A DNA stretch of 64,000 nt from an uncultured Lentisphaerales bacterium (GTDB lineage: Bacteria > Verrucomicrobiota > Kiritimatiellia > RFP12 > JAAYLN01), in contig CAZRGQ010000003.1 in NCBI GenBank assembly GCA_964599645.1, positions 17,565 through 81,564 of the forward strand, written 5' to 3'. A model generated the notes under the pieces. The model had not been told where the DNA came from, did not search any database, and worked only from the letters and a program-made list of their open reading frames with translations. This document shows positions 18,930-27,874 of this stretch, piece by piece. The position numbers were made by a program, and so were the translations under genes. Numbering within the stretch: the first letter of the stretch is position 1; each line of letters starts with the position of its first letter.

Positions 18930-20395
18930 GCAGCCTGCCACTGCCCAACCCAGTTGATCTAGAGCAGGTGCGGATCGATCCGGCCTGGCTGCTGCGGCTG
19001 CCAGCGGCGCTGGCGTTGCGGCGACTGATTTTGCCGCTCTGCGTGCTGGAGGAGCGTCTGGTGGTGGCGATGGCCGACCCGACCGACAAGGCCTCGCTGG
19101 AGGCGGTGGTGCGCAGTTGCAAACTGGAGGTGACGCCGCTACAGGCCGATCCGGCGCAGTTGCGGCGTCACTTGTTGCGCATTCTGGGGGATGGCCGTGG
19201 CGCCGGCGCCACGGCTGGCGGTGATGATGCCGTGGCTCTGGCTGACGATATTATGCGGGCGGCACTGCTGCGGCAGGCCTCCGATATCCACTTTGATCCG
19301 GGACGCGAAGGGCTGTTGGTGCGGCTGCGGGTCGATGGCGTGCTGGAGGAGTTTATGCGGCTGCCGCGCGAGGTGCAGCCGGCCTTGAGCAGCCGTATCA
19401 AGGTGCTGGGGGGGCTCGATATCGCTGAGCGCCGATCGCCACAGGATGGGGGCTTTACCTGGCGCTCCGGCGCAGGCACGGGAAGCAGCGACATCTGTGA
19501 TGTGCGGGTGGCGACGCTGCCGGTGCGTTTTGGTGAGAAGCTCACGCTACGTCTGCTGGAGTCGGGGCGGGATCGCCTGACGATCGAGTCGTTGGGGCTC
19601 TCGGAGAGCGATCTGGCGCGTTTCAACAAGGTGCTGGCACAGCCGCATGGGCTGGTGTTGCTGACGGGGCCGACAGGCAGCGGCAAGACGACGACGCTCT
19701 ATGCGGCGATCCGGCGGCTGCTGGCGCTGGCCGATTTGAACATCCTGACGGTCGAGGATCCGGTGGAGTATGAGATCGGCGGTGTTTCGCAGGTGGAGGT
19801 CGATAGCAGCGACAAGGTGAGCTTTACCAAGGCGTTGCGCAGCCTGTTGCGGCATGATCCCGATGTGGTGATGATCGGCGAGATACGCGACAGCGAGTCG
19901 CTTGACACGGCGATCAAGGCGTCGCTGACGGGTCATCTGGTCTTGTCGACGCTGCACACCAACGATGCGGTGAGTGCGGTGACGCGACTCTCGGACATGG
20001 GTCTGGCCGACCACATGATCGCCGCGACGTTGCGCCTGAGTGTGGCGCAGCGGCTGGTACGCCGCTTGTGCCCGGAGTGCCGCAGTGAGGTGGCGATTAC
20101 GGCGGCCGAGGCGGGGGCGTTGGATCGTCCCGAGCTGGAGGGCAGGTCGGCGTGGCGCGGCCGGGGCTGTCTGCGTTGTGCGGGGCGGGGCGTCAGCGGG
20201 CGGGTCGGCGTCTTCGAGATGATGATGCCCGATGCGCAGATAGCCTCACTGATTGCGGCCGGTGTGCCAGCCAGCGAGCTGGTCGCGGCCTTGCGGGCGC
20301 AGGGGGTCGAGTCGCTGGCAGATGATGCCATCGCCAAAGTTTTAAGCGGCACCACCTCGATCAGCGAGGTGCTGCAGGTGATGATCGAGAGTTGA
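18926..20395 (+). CDS. gspE: type II secretion / type IV pilus assembly ATPase (GspE/PilB family)
   Basis: 489 aa. N-terminal GSPII-E N domain, Walker A GPTGSGKTTTL, VEDPVEYEI, VVMIGEIRD, TLHTND. Tetracysteine Zn site (CPEC…CLRCAGRG). Confidence 0.85.
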   Translation: MSSLPLPNPVDLEQVRIDPAWLLRLPAALALRRLILPLCVLEERLVVAMADPTDKASLEAVVRSCKLEVTPLQADPAQLRRHLLRILGDGRGAGATAGGDDAVALADDIMRAALLRQASDIHFDPGREGLLVRLRVDGVLEEFMRLPREVQPALSSRIKVLGGLDIAERRSPQDGGFTWRSGAGTGSSDICDVRVATLPVRFGEKLTLRLLESGRDRLTIESLGLSESDLARFNKVLAQPHGLVLLTGPTGSGKTTTLYAAIRRLLALADLNILTVEDPVEYEIGGVSQVEVDSSDKVSFTKALRSLLRHDPDVVMIGEIRDSESLDTAIKASLTGHLVLSTLHTNDAVSAVTRLSDMGLADHMIAATLRLSVAQRLVRRLCPECRSEVAITAAEAGALDRPELEGRSAWRGRGCLRCAGRGVSGRVGVFEMMMPDAQIASLIAAGVPASELVAALRAQGVESLADDAIAKVLSGTTSISEVLQVMIES

Positions 20396-21630
20396 TGATG
20401 GCCAGCTTTCGCTATCGGGCACGCGATCCGGGGGGGAGAATTGTCGAAGAGCGGGTCGAGGCGGCCTCGGCCGCCGCGCTGGCCGAGATGTTGCGCGCTT
20501 CCGGCTGGGTGGTGTTGCAGATCAGGGAGGTGAGAGGCGGGGCGCTAGGTGGCACGTTTGAGGGGTTGCCGCCGCGCTGGCATCCACTCTGGCTCTTGTC
20601 GATGACCTCTCTCGACTGCGAGCTGGGGTTACGTCAACTGGCCTCGATGTTGCGCAGCGGCGTGGCGCTGCTGGCGGCGCTCAAGACGGTGGCACAGCAG
20701 GCGTCGCGGCCACGTGCCGCCAAAGTCTGGCTGGAGCTGGAGGCCTCGATTCAGCGGGGGGGAACGCTTTCAGAGGCGATGGCGCAACATCCGAAAGTTT
20801 TCAACGACTACGTGGTGCAGTTGATTCGTGTCGGCGAGCACTCGGGCGAGATGGATACGACCATGACTCGTGCTGCCGATCATCTGGAGATGCACCGTGA
20901 TGTGCGGATCATGGTGGTAAACGCCCTGATCTACCCTCTGATTGCGACGGTGATGGCGGTGGGTGTTTCACTCTATCTGGTGGTGGCGGTGATCCCCAAG
21001 ATCGCGGAGTTTATCGAAGGTGGCGGGGCGCAGTTGCCGGCCATGACACAGAGCCTGATCGACATCTCCCACTGGTTGCATCAATACTATCTGCAGGTGA
21101 TCCTGGTGCTGGTGGGGGTAGTGGTGGCGCTCTATGCAATGCGACGCCACAAGCAGGGGCGTGAACTGCAGGATCTGGCGCTGATTTATACACCGGTGGT
21201 GGGGCGCATTATACGGGTATCACAGACAGCGATTTTTGCACGCGGGCTGGGGCTGTTGATCGAGAGTGGCGTGACGCTGCTTGACGCCCTGGGGGTGGTG
21301 GAGCAGTTGATGGGCAACCGCCGTTTCGGCCGACGGGTGGGCGAGGCGCGGCAGCGGGTGATGCGGGGGGAGTCGTTGGCGGGCTCACTGGGTCAGGCAG
21401 ACGAGTTCTTCCCGCTCTTGATTCGCATGAGCGCCGTGGCGGAGGAGACGGGCACCCTGGGGAGCACCTTAACAGAGGTGGCAATTTTCCATGAGAAGAT
21501 GTTGGTAATCACCATCAAGCGCTTCAGCGTTTTAATCGAGCCGATCCTGATCGTCGTGACAGGTGGTATCGTGGGGTTTGTCTATGTCGCCTTCTTCATG
21601 GCGCTCTTTTCGATGGTCTCGGGGATTTAG
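20392..21630 (+). CDS. gspF: inner-membrane platform protein (GspF/PilC family)
   Basis: 412 aa. Duplicated GspF domains, 3 TM segments, typical N-terminus (FRYRARDPGGRIVEERVEAASAAALAEMLRASG). Confidence 0.85.
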   Translation: MMMASFRYRARDPGGRIVEERVEAASAAALAEMLRASGWVVLQIREVRGGALGGTFEGLPPRWHPLWLLSMTSLDCELGLRQLASMLRSGVALLAALKTVAQQASRPRAAKVWLELEASIQRGGTLSEAMAQHPKVFNDYVVQLIRVGEHSGEMDTTMTRAADHLEMHRDVRIMVVNALIYPLIATVMAVGVSLYLVVAVIPKIAEFIEGGGAQLPAMTQSLIDISHWLHQYYLQVILVLVGVVVALYAMRRHKQGRELQDLALIYTPVVGRIIRVSQTAIFARGLGLLIESGVTLLDALGVVEQLMGNRRFGRRVGEARQRVMRGESLAGSLGQADEFFPLLIRMSAVAEETGTLGSTLTEVAIFHEKMLVITIKRFSVLIEPILIVVTGGIVGFVYVAFFMALFSMVSGI

Positions 21631-21660
21631 GGGAGAGAAAGTAATAGGCAAGAAGTTAAA

Positions 21661-21735
21661 CGACCCCGGCGGCAGAGGCCTGCCGCCACGGCGCGCTCGG
21701 CTATCTGAATCTGCGTTGAAAGGCAAAAGGCCGGT
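21661..21735. repeat. intergenic repeat-family copy (hairpin CCGGCGGCAG-AGG-CCTGCCGCC plus GGCTATCTGAATCTGCGTTGAAAGGCAAAAGGCC box) in the convergent gspF/yafQ gap
   Basis: Both modules recur at 63170-63190 and 63385-63430 (GTTGAAAGGCAAAAGGCC identical). Hairpin read from sequence. Possible bidirectional terminator. Confidence 0.5.
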
Positions 21736-21751
21736 ACAGCCATAGGTGTGC

Positions 21752-22027
21752 CTAAAATAGATCTGAGTGGCTACCTGTGCGTGTCAGTATCAGCACCAGC
21801 CTGTTGTGATCGATGAGATATACGAGGAGCCAATCGGGGGTAACATGGCACTCCCGGAAGCCGGTGTATTGCCCGGAAAGCGCATGATCGCGGTGTTTTG
21901 CCGACAACTGTTGACCGCTGGCGAGCTGTGTTACCACCGCCTTGATTAGTGCAAGATCATATCCTCTGCGAACGGTGCGTTTCAAGTCGCGCTTGTATTG
22001 CGAGGTCTGGGTGATGGCATACTTCAT
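21752..22027 (-). CDS. yafQ: type II toxin-antitoxin toxin, YafQ (RelE/ParE superfamily)
   Basis: 91 aa. HALSGQYTGFRECHVTPDWLLVYLIDHNRLVLILTRTGSHSDLF is the YafQ signature region. Overlaps the upstream DinJ-like gene by 4 nt. Confidence 0.8.
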   Translation of the reverse strand: MKYAITQTSQYKRDLKRTVRRGYDLALIKAVVTQLASGQQLSAKHRDHALSGQYTGFRECHVTPDWLLVYLIDHNRLVLILTRTGSHSDLF

Positions 22028-22296
22028 TTCAGGGCATCACGGAAGAGCTCATCAACATCGTCATAGTACTTGGTTGCGGGGTCAGCCACAAGTTGTCTGG
22101 CCTCGGCCATGGCGGCCACCATTGCGTTTGTTTTGGCCTCGCGCCGACGAATCTCAAATGGAATGCCCTGATAGGCAATCGCCTCGCTGATAAACAGGTT
22201 TACGGCCGTAGAGAGGCTCATGCCCAGTTCGGCAAAAAGCTCTTCAGCCTGCTGTTTCTTCTGTTTGTCGATGCGTGTACTAATCGTTGTTGTCAT
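22024..22296 (-). CDS. dinJ: type II antitoxin DinJ/RelB family
   Basis: 90 aa. TRIDKQKKQQAEELFAELGMSLSTAVNLFISEAIAYQGIPFE is a ribbon-helix-helix DinJ-type N-terminus. Followed by yafQ. Confidence 0.8.
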   Translation of the reverse strand: MTTTISTRIDKQKKQQAEELFAELGMSLSTAVNLFISEAIAYQGIPFEIRRREAKTNAMVAAMAEARQLVADPATKYYDDVDELFRDALK

Positions 22297-22501
22297 TGTG
22301 TCCCACCAGTTGCCTCAAAACGCAATCAAAGTAACACATTTGCAGACAAATGGCAACAATCATAAAATCATGAATTGTAAGCAGTGAACCATTGCATGGC
22401 TGGCGGCGTTTAGATACTATTAGAGCACCGACGTATGAGATGGCAGCAGGGATGCTGCCGCCGGCGTGGTGCAGAGAACTTTAGAAAGATGAGGTTTTGG
22501 C

Positions 22502-23491
22502 ATGAAGAGAAGCAGAGCGCAGGCTGGTTTTTCACTGATTGAGTTGCTGGTTGTTATCACCTTGATAGCGATTGTGGCCAGCTTGGCGGTGTTACGCCTG
22601 TCGGATGTTGGCACCAAGTCGGCTGATACGCTGAATATGGCCAACCTGGCACGGCTGGGACCGGCGATGGAGACCTTTATGGTCAGCAATAGCGATGGTC
22701 TCAACCGGCTCGATCTGGTTGTCATGGGGCGGAAGGGCGGCACGCAGGGAGAGGTGTCGGAGAGCATTGACGAACTGATGATCTTTGATAACTACGGCAA
22801 GAATGTCGGTTTGTCACCCTATCTCTATCAGACATCGGCCGAGAGCGGTGTACAGGGCTTTACAATGACCGGGCCGCCGCTGTTGACGCAATACTATCTG
22901 GAGCAGGAGGATGTCGATGCTTTGCGTGAGCTGGGCTTGACCTATCTGATGCGCTACAACGACGTGGGTCATTTCGGTGCCGGTGATGACCAAGAGTGGG
23001 CGACGGGAGCCTCTGACGATCCCGATACCTGTTGCAGTCTCTCGACGGTAATAGAGCCGGGGCTGGCGGTGCCTTTCGTCAATCCGCAGGCGGTAACCGG
23101 CAGTGGCAGCAGCCTGACACCGGCGGGGGCGCTGGTCTACCAGGCGTGCGGGCAGGATGTCCGTTTCGCCTTCGATCCGCCCAGATATTTTCCCAAAATC
23201 AACGGCAACTCCTATGAGGGGGCGACCTCCAAGGAGTTGCTCGACGTGCTCAAGAACGACGGCGGCATGTTGTTGGCTTTCGGTATCGGGCAGTACAGCT
23301 CCATGATCGGCAACGCCAATGGCGGCCTCGACTCGGCGCCGATCTGTCCGGCCGTCAAGAGCGATATCTACCGGCGCTACTTCCTGCTGCTGCGTCTCTC
23401 CAAAGAGGGTGGTGTGGTGCGGGCCAGTTTTGCCGGCATCATGGATCCGGCCGGCAGAACCATGAAGCAGTTGCGCCGGGCCAGCAAATAG
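22502..23491 (+). CDS. pilin/pseudopilin-like protein (prepilin-type N-terminus)
   Basis: MKRSRAQAGFSLIELLVVITLIAIVASLAVL. Confidence 0.7.
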   Translation: MKRSRAQAGFSLIELLVVITLIAIVASLAVLRLSDVGTKSADTLNMANLARLGPAMETFMVSNSDGLNRLDLVVMGRKGGTQGEVSESIDELMIFDNYGKNVGLSPYLYQTSAESGVQGFTMTGPPLLTQYYLEQEDVDALRELGLTYLMRYNDVGHFGAGDDQEWATGASDDPDTCCSLSTVIEPGLAVPFVNPQAVTGSGSSLTPAGALVYQACGQDVRFAFDPPRYFPKINGNSYEGATSKELLDVLKNDGGMLLAFGIGQYSSMIGNANGGLDSAPICPAVKSDIYRRYFLLLRLSKEGGVVRASFAGIMDPAGRTMKQLRRASK

Positions 23492-23558
23492 CGCGAGCGG
23501 CAGGAGTGGCGGCGGTGGGTTGCTGCGTAGTGTAGCGGGCCGGCAAGGATTGAAGTAG

Positions 23559-25790
23559 ATGCGACTAACGATAAAGCATGTAGCCACAGTGGTGGCTTTC
23601 GCTGCCGGCACTCTGGCTGCGCAGCAGATGCGCAGCGATCCGACGGCGGCGCCGGCGGGGATGGCCGATGCGTTGCGGATGCAGATTGCCGAGTTTCGCA
23701 ACCTGACCTGCAAGGCGCTGGTGGTGGGTGAGAGCGATGATGGCGTGGCAATTTTAGAGACCGCGACCTCTGGCATCTCATCCGCCGCTCAGGGAAGTCG
23801 TCATTTTGTACGAGCCAAATCGACGCTGGGGCTGGAGCTGGCCGGCATGCCGGTGCGGCTGCAGATCAAGTCGATCTCAGCCCGCGGGGTGGAGCTGGAG
23901 GCACCGACGCTTTCGGAGGAGCTCTTTATCCCCGGTGGATTCAAACCCCTGGCGATGCCCACCAATGCGGCCCCCGGTTGGCTGCGCTATATGGAGTGCA
24001 GCGAGCTCGAATTGGATACCGCCTTGCGCCTGATTGCCGACCAGACGGGAGTCAACCTCTCAGCCTCGGCGGCGGCATCACAAGAGCCGGTTTCGATTTT
24101 TCTGCGCAACGTGACGGCCGAGACGGCGCTGGAGGAGATTTGCCGCACACGCAACCTCTGGTATCGCAAGGATGCACTCTCCGGAGTGCTGCGGGTGACG
24201 ACGCTGGCCGAGTATGAGGCCAATCTCTCCTCATTCCGTGAAGAGCTGACCGAGACCTTTACGCTCTTGTATCCCAATGTGCTGGAAGTCGCCTCGGTCA
24301 TCCACGGGCTCTATCCCGAGCGCGTGGCGATCTCGCTGGGGGAGGAGTCGGTCTTGCAGGATGAGGTGCGCGACATTTCGCGCCGCTTCGAGCGGCTCAA
24401 TATCATCTCGTCGAGCTCCGGCTCCTCTTTTCTCAACAACACCTTTGGCACCAGCGGTGGGGGTGGCGGCTATGGCGGTGGGTACGGTGGCGGCTACGGC
24501 GGTGGGTACGGTGGCGGCTACGGCGGTGGGTACGGCGGGAGCAGTCTCGGTGGCGGCCTGACGGTACTCCGTGGCGGGCGTCTGCAGGGCTCCTACGACT
24601 CTTCCTATGACATGCGCCAACGCGACTCCTTCCGTAACCTGTCGCAGAATGATGCCAAGCGGGTCGAGACGCTGCTGCGCAGTGATGATACCAACGGCCT
24701 GAACCGGGCTCTCGACTCTTTCCGCGAGAAGAGTACCACGATCTTTGTCACGGTGAGCCGCCGCAACAATCTGCTGGTGGTGCGCACCGGCGATCCCAGT
24801 GTGATGGCTGAGATCCGTGAGCTGGTGCAGCGACTCGATATCCCGACGCCGATGGTGTTGCTGGAGGTCAAGGTGCTCAACCTTTCGTTAAATGACGACT
24901 TCTCCTCCTCGTTTGAGTATGAGATGCAGCGCACCTATAACTCGACGCATGAAACCCCGGTACCGGTTGTCGGAGGCTTTCCCGGTTTCACTCCGCTGGC
25001 CAGCGCCGCCAGAACCGATGCCATGTCGTTTATGGCACTGAGTGAGCATTTGAACATCCGCATTCAGATGTTGGAGAAAGAGGGGCGTCTTAAAACACTG
25101 GCCACGCCGATGTTGCTGACAGCCAACAACGAGGTGTCGCGCATCTTCATCGGCGAAGAGCGCCCCATGGTGCGCAATATCTCGAGTGAGACGGTCGTCA
25201 GTGATCAGAACGTCGTGACCACGCCGCAGACAGAGACAGAGCTGCAGGCGGTGGGCACGGTGCTGGTGATCACGCCCAACATCAACGCCGATCGTACGGT
25301 AACACTGCGGCTGTTGCAGGAGAACTCCGAGATTCTGAAGAACGATGCCACGATTCCGGTCGTCAGCAGTGGTGGCGTGGTGCAGGAGGTGGCGATTGAT
25401 GTCGTCTCCTCCCGCAGCATCAGTGGCACCTTTATCGCCAAAGATCAGATGACGGTTGCCGTAGGCGGCTTGATTGATGAGCACGACTCACTGCAGGAGA
25501 GTCGTGTGCCGGTCTTGGGACGCATTCCAATTATAGGCTTCTTCTTCAAGAGCAAGCAGCGGGTCAAGAGCCGCTCCGAGCTGGTATTGCTGATTAAGCC
25601 GCATGTGATCTCCACCCCGGCTGAAGGCGAAGCGATCAGCCGCCGCCTGCTGGAAGAGCTCTCCGCCCATCCGGCCCGTGATGGGCGCCCCTCACTCGGC
25701 GTCTATCAGGAGCGTGAAGCGGAGTCCGGCGGCTGGATTGAGGTGGTTGAGGATGGGGTAGCACCCGAGGAGCTATCGGGAAGAGAATAA
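23559..25790 (+). CDS. gspD: secretin (GspD/PilQ family outer-membrane channel)
   Basis: 743 aa. Signal peptide, N-domains, C-terminal secretin domain (VLLEVKVLNLSLNDDF…; TLATPMLLTANNEVSRIFIGEERP; SELVLLIKPHVIS). Contains a (GYGGG)n low-complexity insert. Confidence 0.85.
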   Translation: MRLTIKHVATVVAFAAGTLAAQQMRSDPTAAPAGMADALRMQIAEFRNLTCKALVVGESDDGVAILETATSGISSAAQGSRHFVRAKSTLGLELAGMPVRLQIKSISARGVELEAPTLSEELFIPGGFKPLAMPTNAAPGWLRYMECSELELDTALRLIADQTGVNLSASAAASQEPVSIFLRNVTAETALEEICRTRNLWYRKDALSGVLRVTTLAEYEANLSSFREELTETFTLLYPNVLEVASVIHGLYPERVAISLGEESVLQDEVRDISRRFERLNIISSSSGSSFLNNTFGTSGGGGGYGGGYGGGYGGGYGGGYGGGYGGSSLGGGLTVLRGGRLQGSYDSSYDMRQRDSFRNLSQNDAKRVETLLRSDDTNGLNRALDSFREKSTTIFVTVSRRNNLLVVRTGDPSVMAEIRELVQRLDIPTPMVLLEVKVLNLSLNDDFSSSFEYEMQRTYNSTHETPVPVVGGFPGFTPLASAARTDAMSFMALSEHLNIRIQMLEKEGRLKTLATPMLLTANNEVSRIFIGEERPMVRNISSETVVSDQNVVTTPQTETELQAVGTVLVITPNINADRTVTLRLLQENSEILKNDATIPVVSSGGVVQEVAIDVVSSRSISGTFIAKDQMTVAVGGLIDEHDSLQESRVPVLGRIPIIGFFFKSKQRVKSRSELVLLIKPHVISTPAEGEAISRRLLEELSAHPARDGRPSLGVYQEREAESGGWIEVVEDGVAPEELSGRE
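24455..24545 (+). repeat. tandem 24-bp repeat (GGTGGGTACGGTGGCGGCTACGGC x ~3.5) encoding (GGGYGGGY)n inside the secretin gene
   Basis: Read directly from the sequence and from the translated ORF (GGGGGYGGGYGGGYGGGYGGGYGGGYGGSSLGGG). Confidence 0.8.
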
Positions 25791-25811
25791 GATGGGAGAG
25801 AGCTCATGTGG

Positions 25812-25843
25812 AGGTCGGACGTGTCGGACGTGTCAGACACGTC
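25812..25843. terminator. hairpin (GACGTGTC-A-GACACGTC) preceded by a direct repeat TCGGACGTG x2, in the convergent secretin / PIN-toxin gap
   Basis: Perfect 8-bp stem read from sequence. No clear U-tract, so termination is inferred from position only. Confidence 0.3.
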
Positions 25844-26276
25844 AGGCGGGAGACCACGTTATGCTCCTGAAGACATCAGGTGAGAGGATGCGAAAGGGTG
25901 TAAAGGCTGTAATATCAAGTAGGTCGCTATCTCCTGTTACGAGATAATCGGCTGCGGCAGCCTGCGCCAAGGCAAGGAACTTTAGATCTTCAGGGGCGCG
26001 GCAGGCAGGGAGCTTTGCTGTTAACATTTCAGCAACAGAGACGGCTTCAGTGTGCGGTAAAAAAGCGGCTAGGATTGCATCCCGTTCTTGCTTGTTCAAC
26101 TTGAACTTGGGGTAGGCCAAGACGCGTAACAGCTCCAAGACGCTCTCACGCGATACAAGTGGAATGAGTTGTTGTGACTGCCATGCTTTGACGAGCCAGG
26201 CAAGACGGCCGTTCCTGAAGAGCAGTGCCGAGAGTGCAACATTTGTGTCGAGGACAACACGCAACGTCCTTTTCAT
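25842..26276 (-). CDS. PIN-domain toxin (VapC-like, TIGR00305-type)
   Basis: 144 aa. VVLDTNVALSALL N-terminus (first acidic residue), TGDSDLL motif, overall PIN pattern. 4-nt overlap with the upstream AbrB-type gene. Confidence 0.7.
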   Translation of the reverse strand: MKRTLRVVLDTNVALSALLFRNGRLAWLVKAWQSQQLIPLVSRESVLELLRVLAYPKFKLNKQERDAILAAFLPHTEAVSVAEMLTAKLPACRAPEDLKFLALAQAAAADYLVTGDSDLLDITAFTPFRILSPDVFRSITWSPA

Positions 26277-26500
26277 CTATGATTATCCCGTGCCCACCTG
26301 ACGGCCTCTTGCACATCATCTTCCGTTATGCCGAGGTTTTGCAACTTTGTGCGTATTACACCAAGTGATGTGGCGTTGAGCGGATCAAGCACGATACGCC
26401 CGTCTTCCTCAAAAACCGAAAAATGACGGGTTCCGGCGAATTTGCTAACGATAGCCTTTGGAATCGTTAGCTGATTTTTGCTGGTCAGTTTTGCAATCAT
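26273..26500 (-). CDS. AbrB/MazE/SpoVT-family antitoxin
   Basis: 75 aa from internal Met (MIAKLTSKNQLTIPKAIVSKFAGTRHFSVFEEDGRIVLDPL), a swapped-hairpin AbrB-type motif. The longer ORF-track N-terminal extension is unlikely. Confidence 0.6.
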   Translation of the reverse strand: MIAKLTSKNQLTIPKAIVSKFAGTRHFSVFEEDGRIVLDPLNATSLGVIRTKLQNLGITEDDVQEAVRWARDNHR

Positions 26501-26617
26501 GGCGATCTCCAGTTTTCCTTGTATCCTTACTTTGGCATAATGGCGTCTTTTTGTCAAGTGGCTGCTCCCCCCTGTTTTGTCCTTGCAAATTGAACGCGCA
26601 TAGTTCAAAATTCACGC

Positions 26618-27763
26618 ATGAAGATTAAGAGAGAACTATTGGTTGGACAAGTTGTCGCGGCGCTGCAACGGAGCCGCTGTGTAGGGCTGGTCGGTCCACG
26701 TCAGTGCGGCAAGAGCACCCTGGCGCGCCACATAGCCAAAGAGGAGCGCTCGACATACTTTGATCTTGAAGACCCGACAGCAGAGGCGCGGCTGCGGGAT
26801 GCCAAGCTGGCACTCGAACCTCTGCAAGGACTGGTTGTGATAGATGAGGTGCAACTCCGCAAAGATATCTTCCCGTTGTTGCGAGTGCTGCTGGATCGGG
26901 AGCCGCTGCCGGCGCGTTTTCTCTTGCTGGGAAGCGCTGCACCCGATTTGATACGTTCGGCTTCAGAGAGTCTCGCAGGCAGGATAGAGTTTATTGAGAT
27001 GCGTGGTTTCTCAATTGACGAGTTGAATTTTGATGACATAAGGAGGGTGTGGAGTCGTGGCGCTTTCCCGCTCTCTTACCTTGCAGCAAGTGATTTCGAC
27101 AGTCACAAGTGGCGACAATCCTTCATACAGGCCTTTTGTGAGCGCGATTTGAGGCTGCTGGGCGTAGATTTGCCTCCGGTAACTGTGCGTCGTTTCTTGA
27201 CCATGCTGGCACACTATCATGGCAAAACCTGGAATGGCTCCGAGATGGGGCGTTCTTTACAACTATCGCACACTACAATCAGGCGTTACCTCGATTTGAT
27301 GAGTGGCGCACTACTCGTGCGCCAACTACAACCCTGGTTTGTCAACATCGGAAAGCGTCTGGTCAAAGCGCCCAAGGTCTATCTGCGTGATAGCGGTCTG
27401 CTCCACAGTTTACTGGGGTTGCAATCAATGGGTGAGATTGAATCACACCCGCTACTGGGGGCATCTTGGGAGGGGTTTGCACTTGAGACGCTGCTATCGT
27501 GGTGCCCGGAGGTGCAACCGTACTATTGGGCGACTCACGGAGGAGCAGAGCTGGATCTCTGCTGGCTGGAGGGACGGAGGCGCATTGGAGTGGAGTTTAA
27601 ATATTCGAGTGCGCCAGCACCAACCAAATCGATGCACATTGCAGCACAAGATCTCAAGCTTGATCATCTCTATGTAGTCCACCCCGGCGAGGCGGAGTTT
27701 CCGCTGGCAGCAAATACCACAGCCATCGGTCTGAAGGGCATGCAGCAGGTGCTGCGCGGCTGA
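26618..27763 (+). CDS. AAA+ ATPase of the COG1373 / DUF4143 family (second copy)
   Basis: 381 aa. Walker A GPRQCGKSTLA, Walker B VVIDEVQ, C-terminal KAPKVYLRDSGLLHSLLG motif. Divergently oriented from the AbrB-PIN module. Confidence 0.7.
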   Translation: MKIKRELLVGQVVAALQRSRCVGLVGPRQCGKSTLARHIAKEERSTYFDLEDPTAEARLRDAKLALEPLQGLVVIDEVQLRKDIFPLLRVLLDREPLPARFLLLGSAAPDLIRSASESLAGRIEFIEMRGFSIDELNFDDIRRVWSRGAFPLSYLAASDFDSHKWRQSFIQAFCERDLRLLGVDLPPVTVRRFLTMLAHYHGKTWNGSEMGRSLQLSHTTIRRYLDLMSGALLVRQLQPWFVNIGKRLVKAPKVYLRDSGLLHSLLGLQSMGEIESHPLLGASWEGFALETLLSWCPEVQPYYWATHGGAELDLCWLEGRRRIGVEFKYSSAPAPTKSMHIAAQDLKLDHLYVVHPGEAEFPLAANTTAIGLKGMQQVLRG

Positions 27764-27776
27764 AGAGATAAAAAAC

Positions 27777-27803
27777 CCCGGAGTATCGCACGATACTCCG
27801 GGG
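27777..27803 (-). terminator. intrinsic terminator hairpin (CCCCGGAGTATCG-CAC-GATACTCCGGGG) with A-tract on + strand, hence U-tract on - strand
   Basis: 13-bp perfect stem. On the - strand it is followed by TTTTTTATC. Fits termination of the - strand pilin gene (27875..28894). Confidence 0.55.
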
Positions 27804-27822
27804 CGTAGTTGATGGTTGCTGC

Positions 27823-27865
27823 AAGGCAGCCGGGAGCTTGTTACGCCGGCTGCCTTTCAGTTTTT
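27823..27865 (+). terminator. intrinsic terminator hairpin (AAGGCAGCCGG..CCGGCTGCCTT) followed by TCAGTTTTT on + strand
   Basis: 11-bp perfect stem plus T-tract. Fits termination of the + strand ATPase gene ending at 27763. Together with 27777..27803 it forms a crosswise terminator pair. Confidence 0.5.
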
Positions 27866-27874
27866 GGCAGGCGC

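Noticed and set aside
25812-25843. Direct repeats TCGGACGTG x2 considered as a possible CRISPR-like or iterated element
   Set aside because: Only two 9-bp units, part of a single hairpin in a convergent gap. No array, no cas genes.
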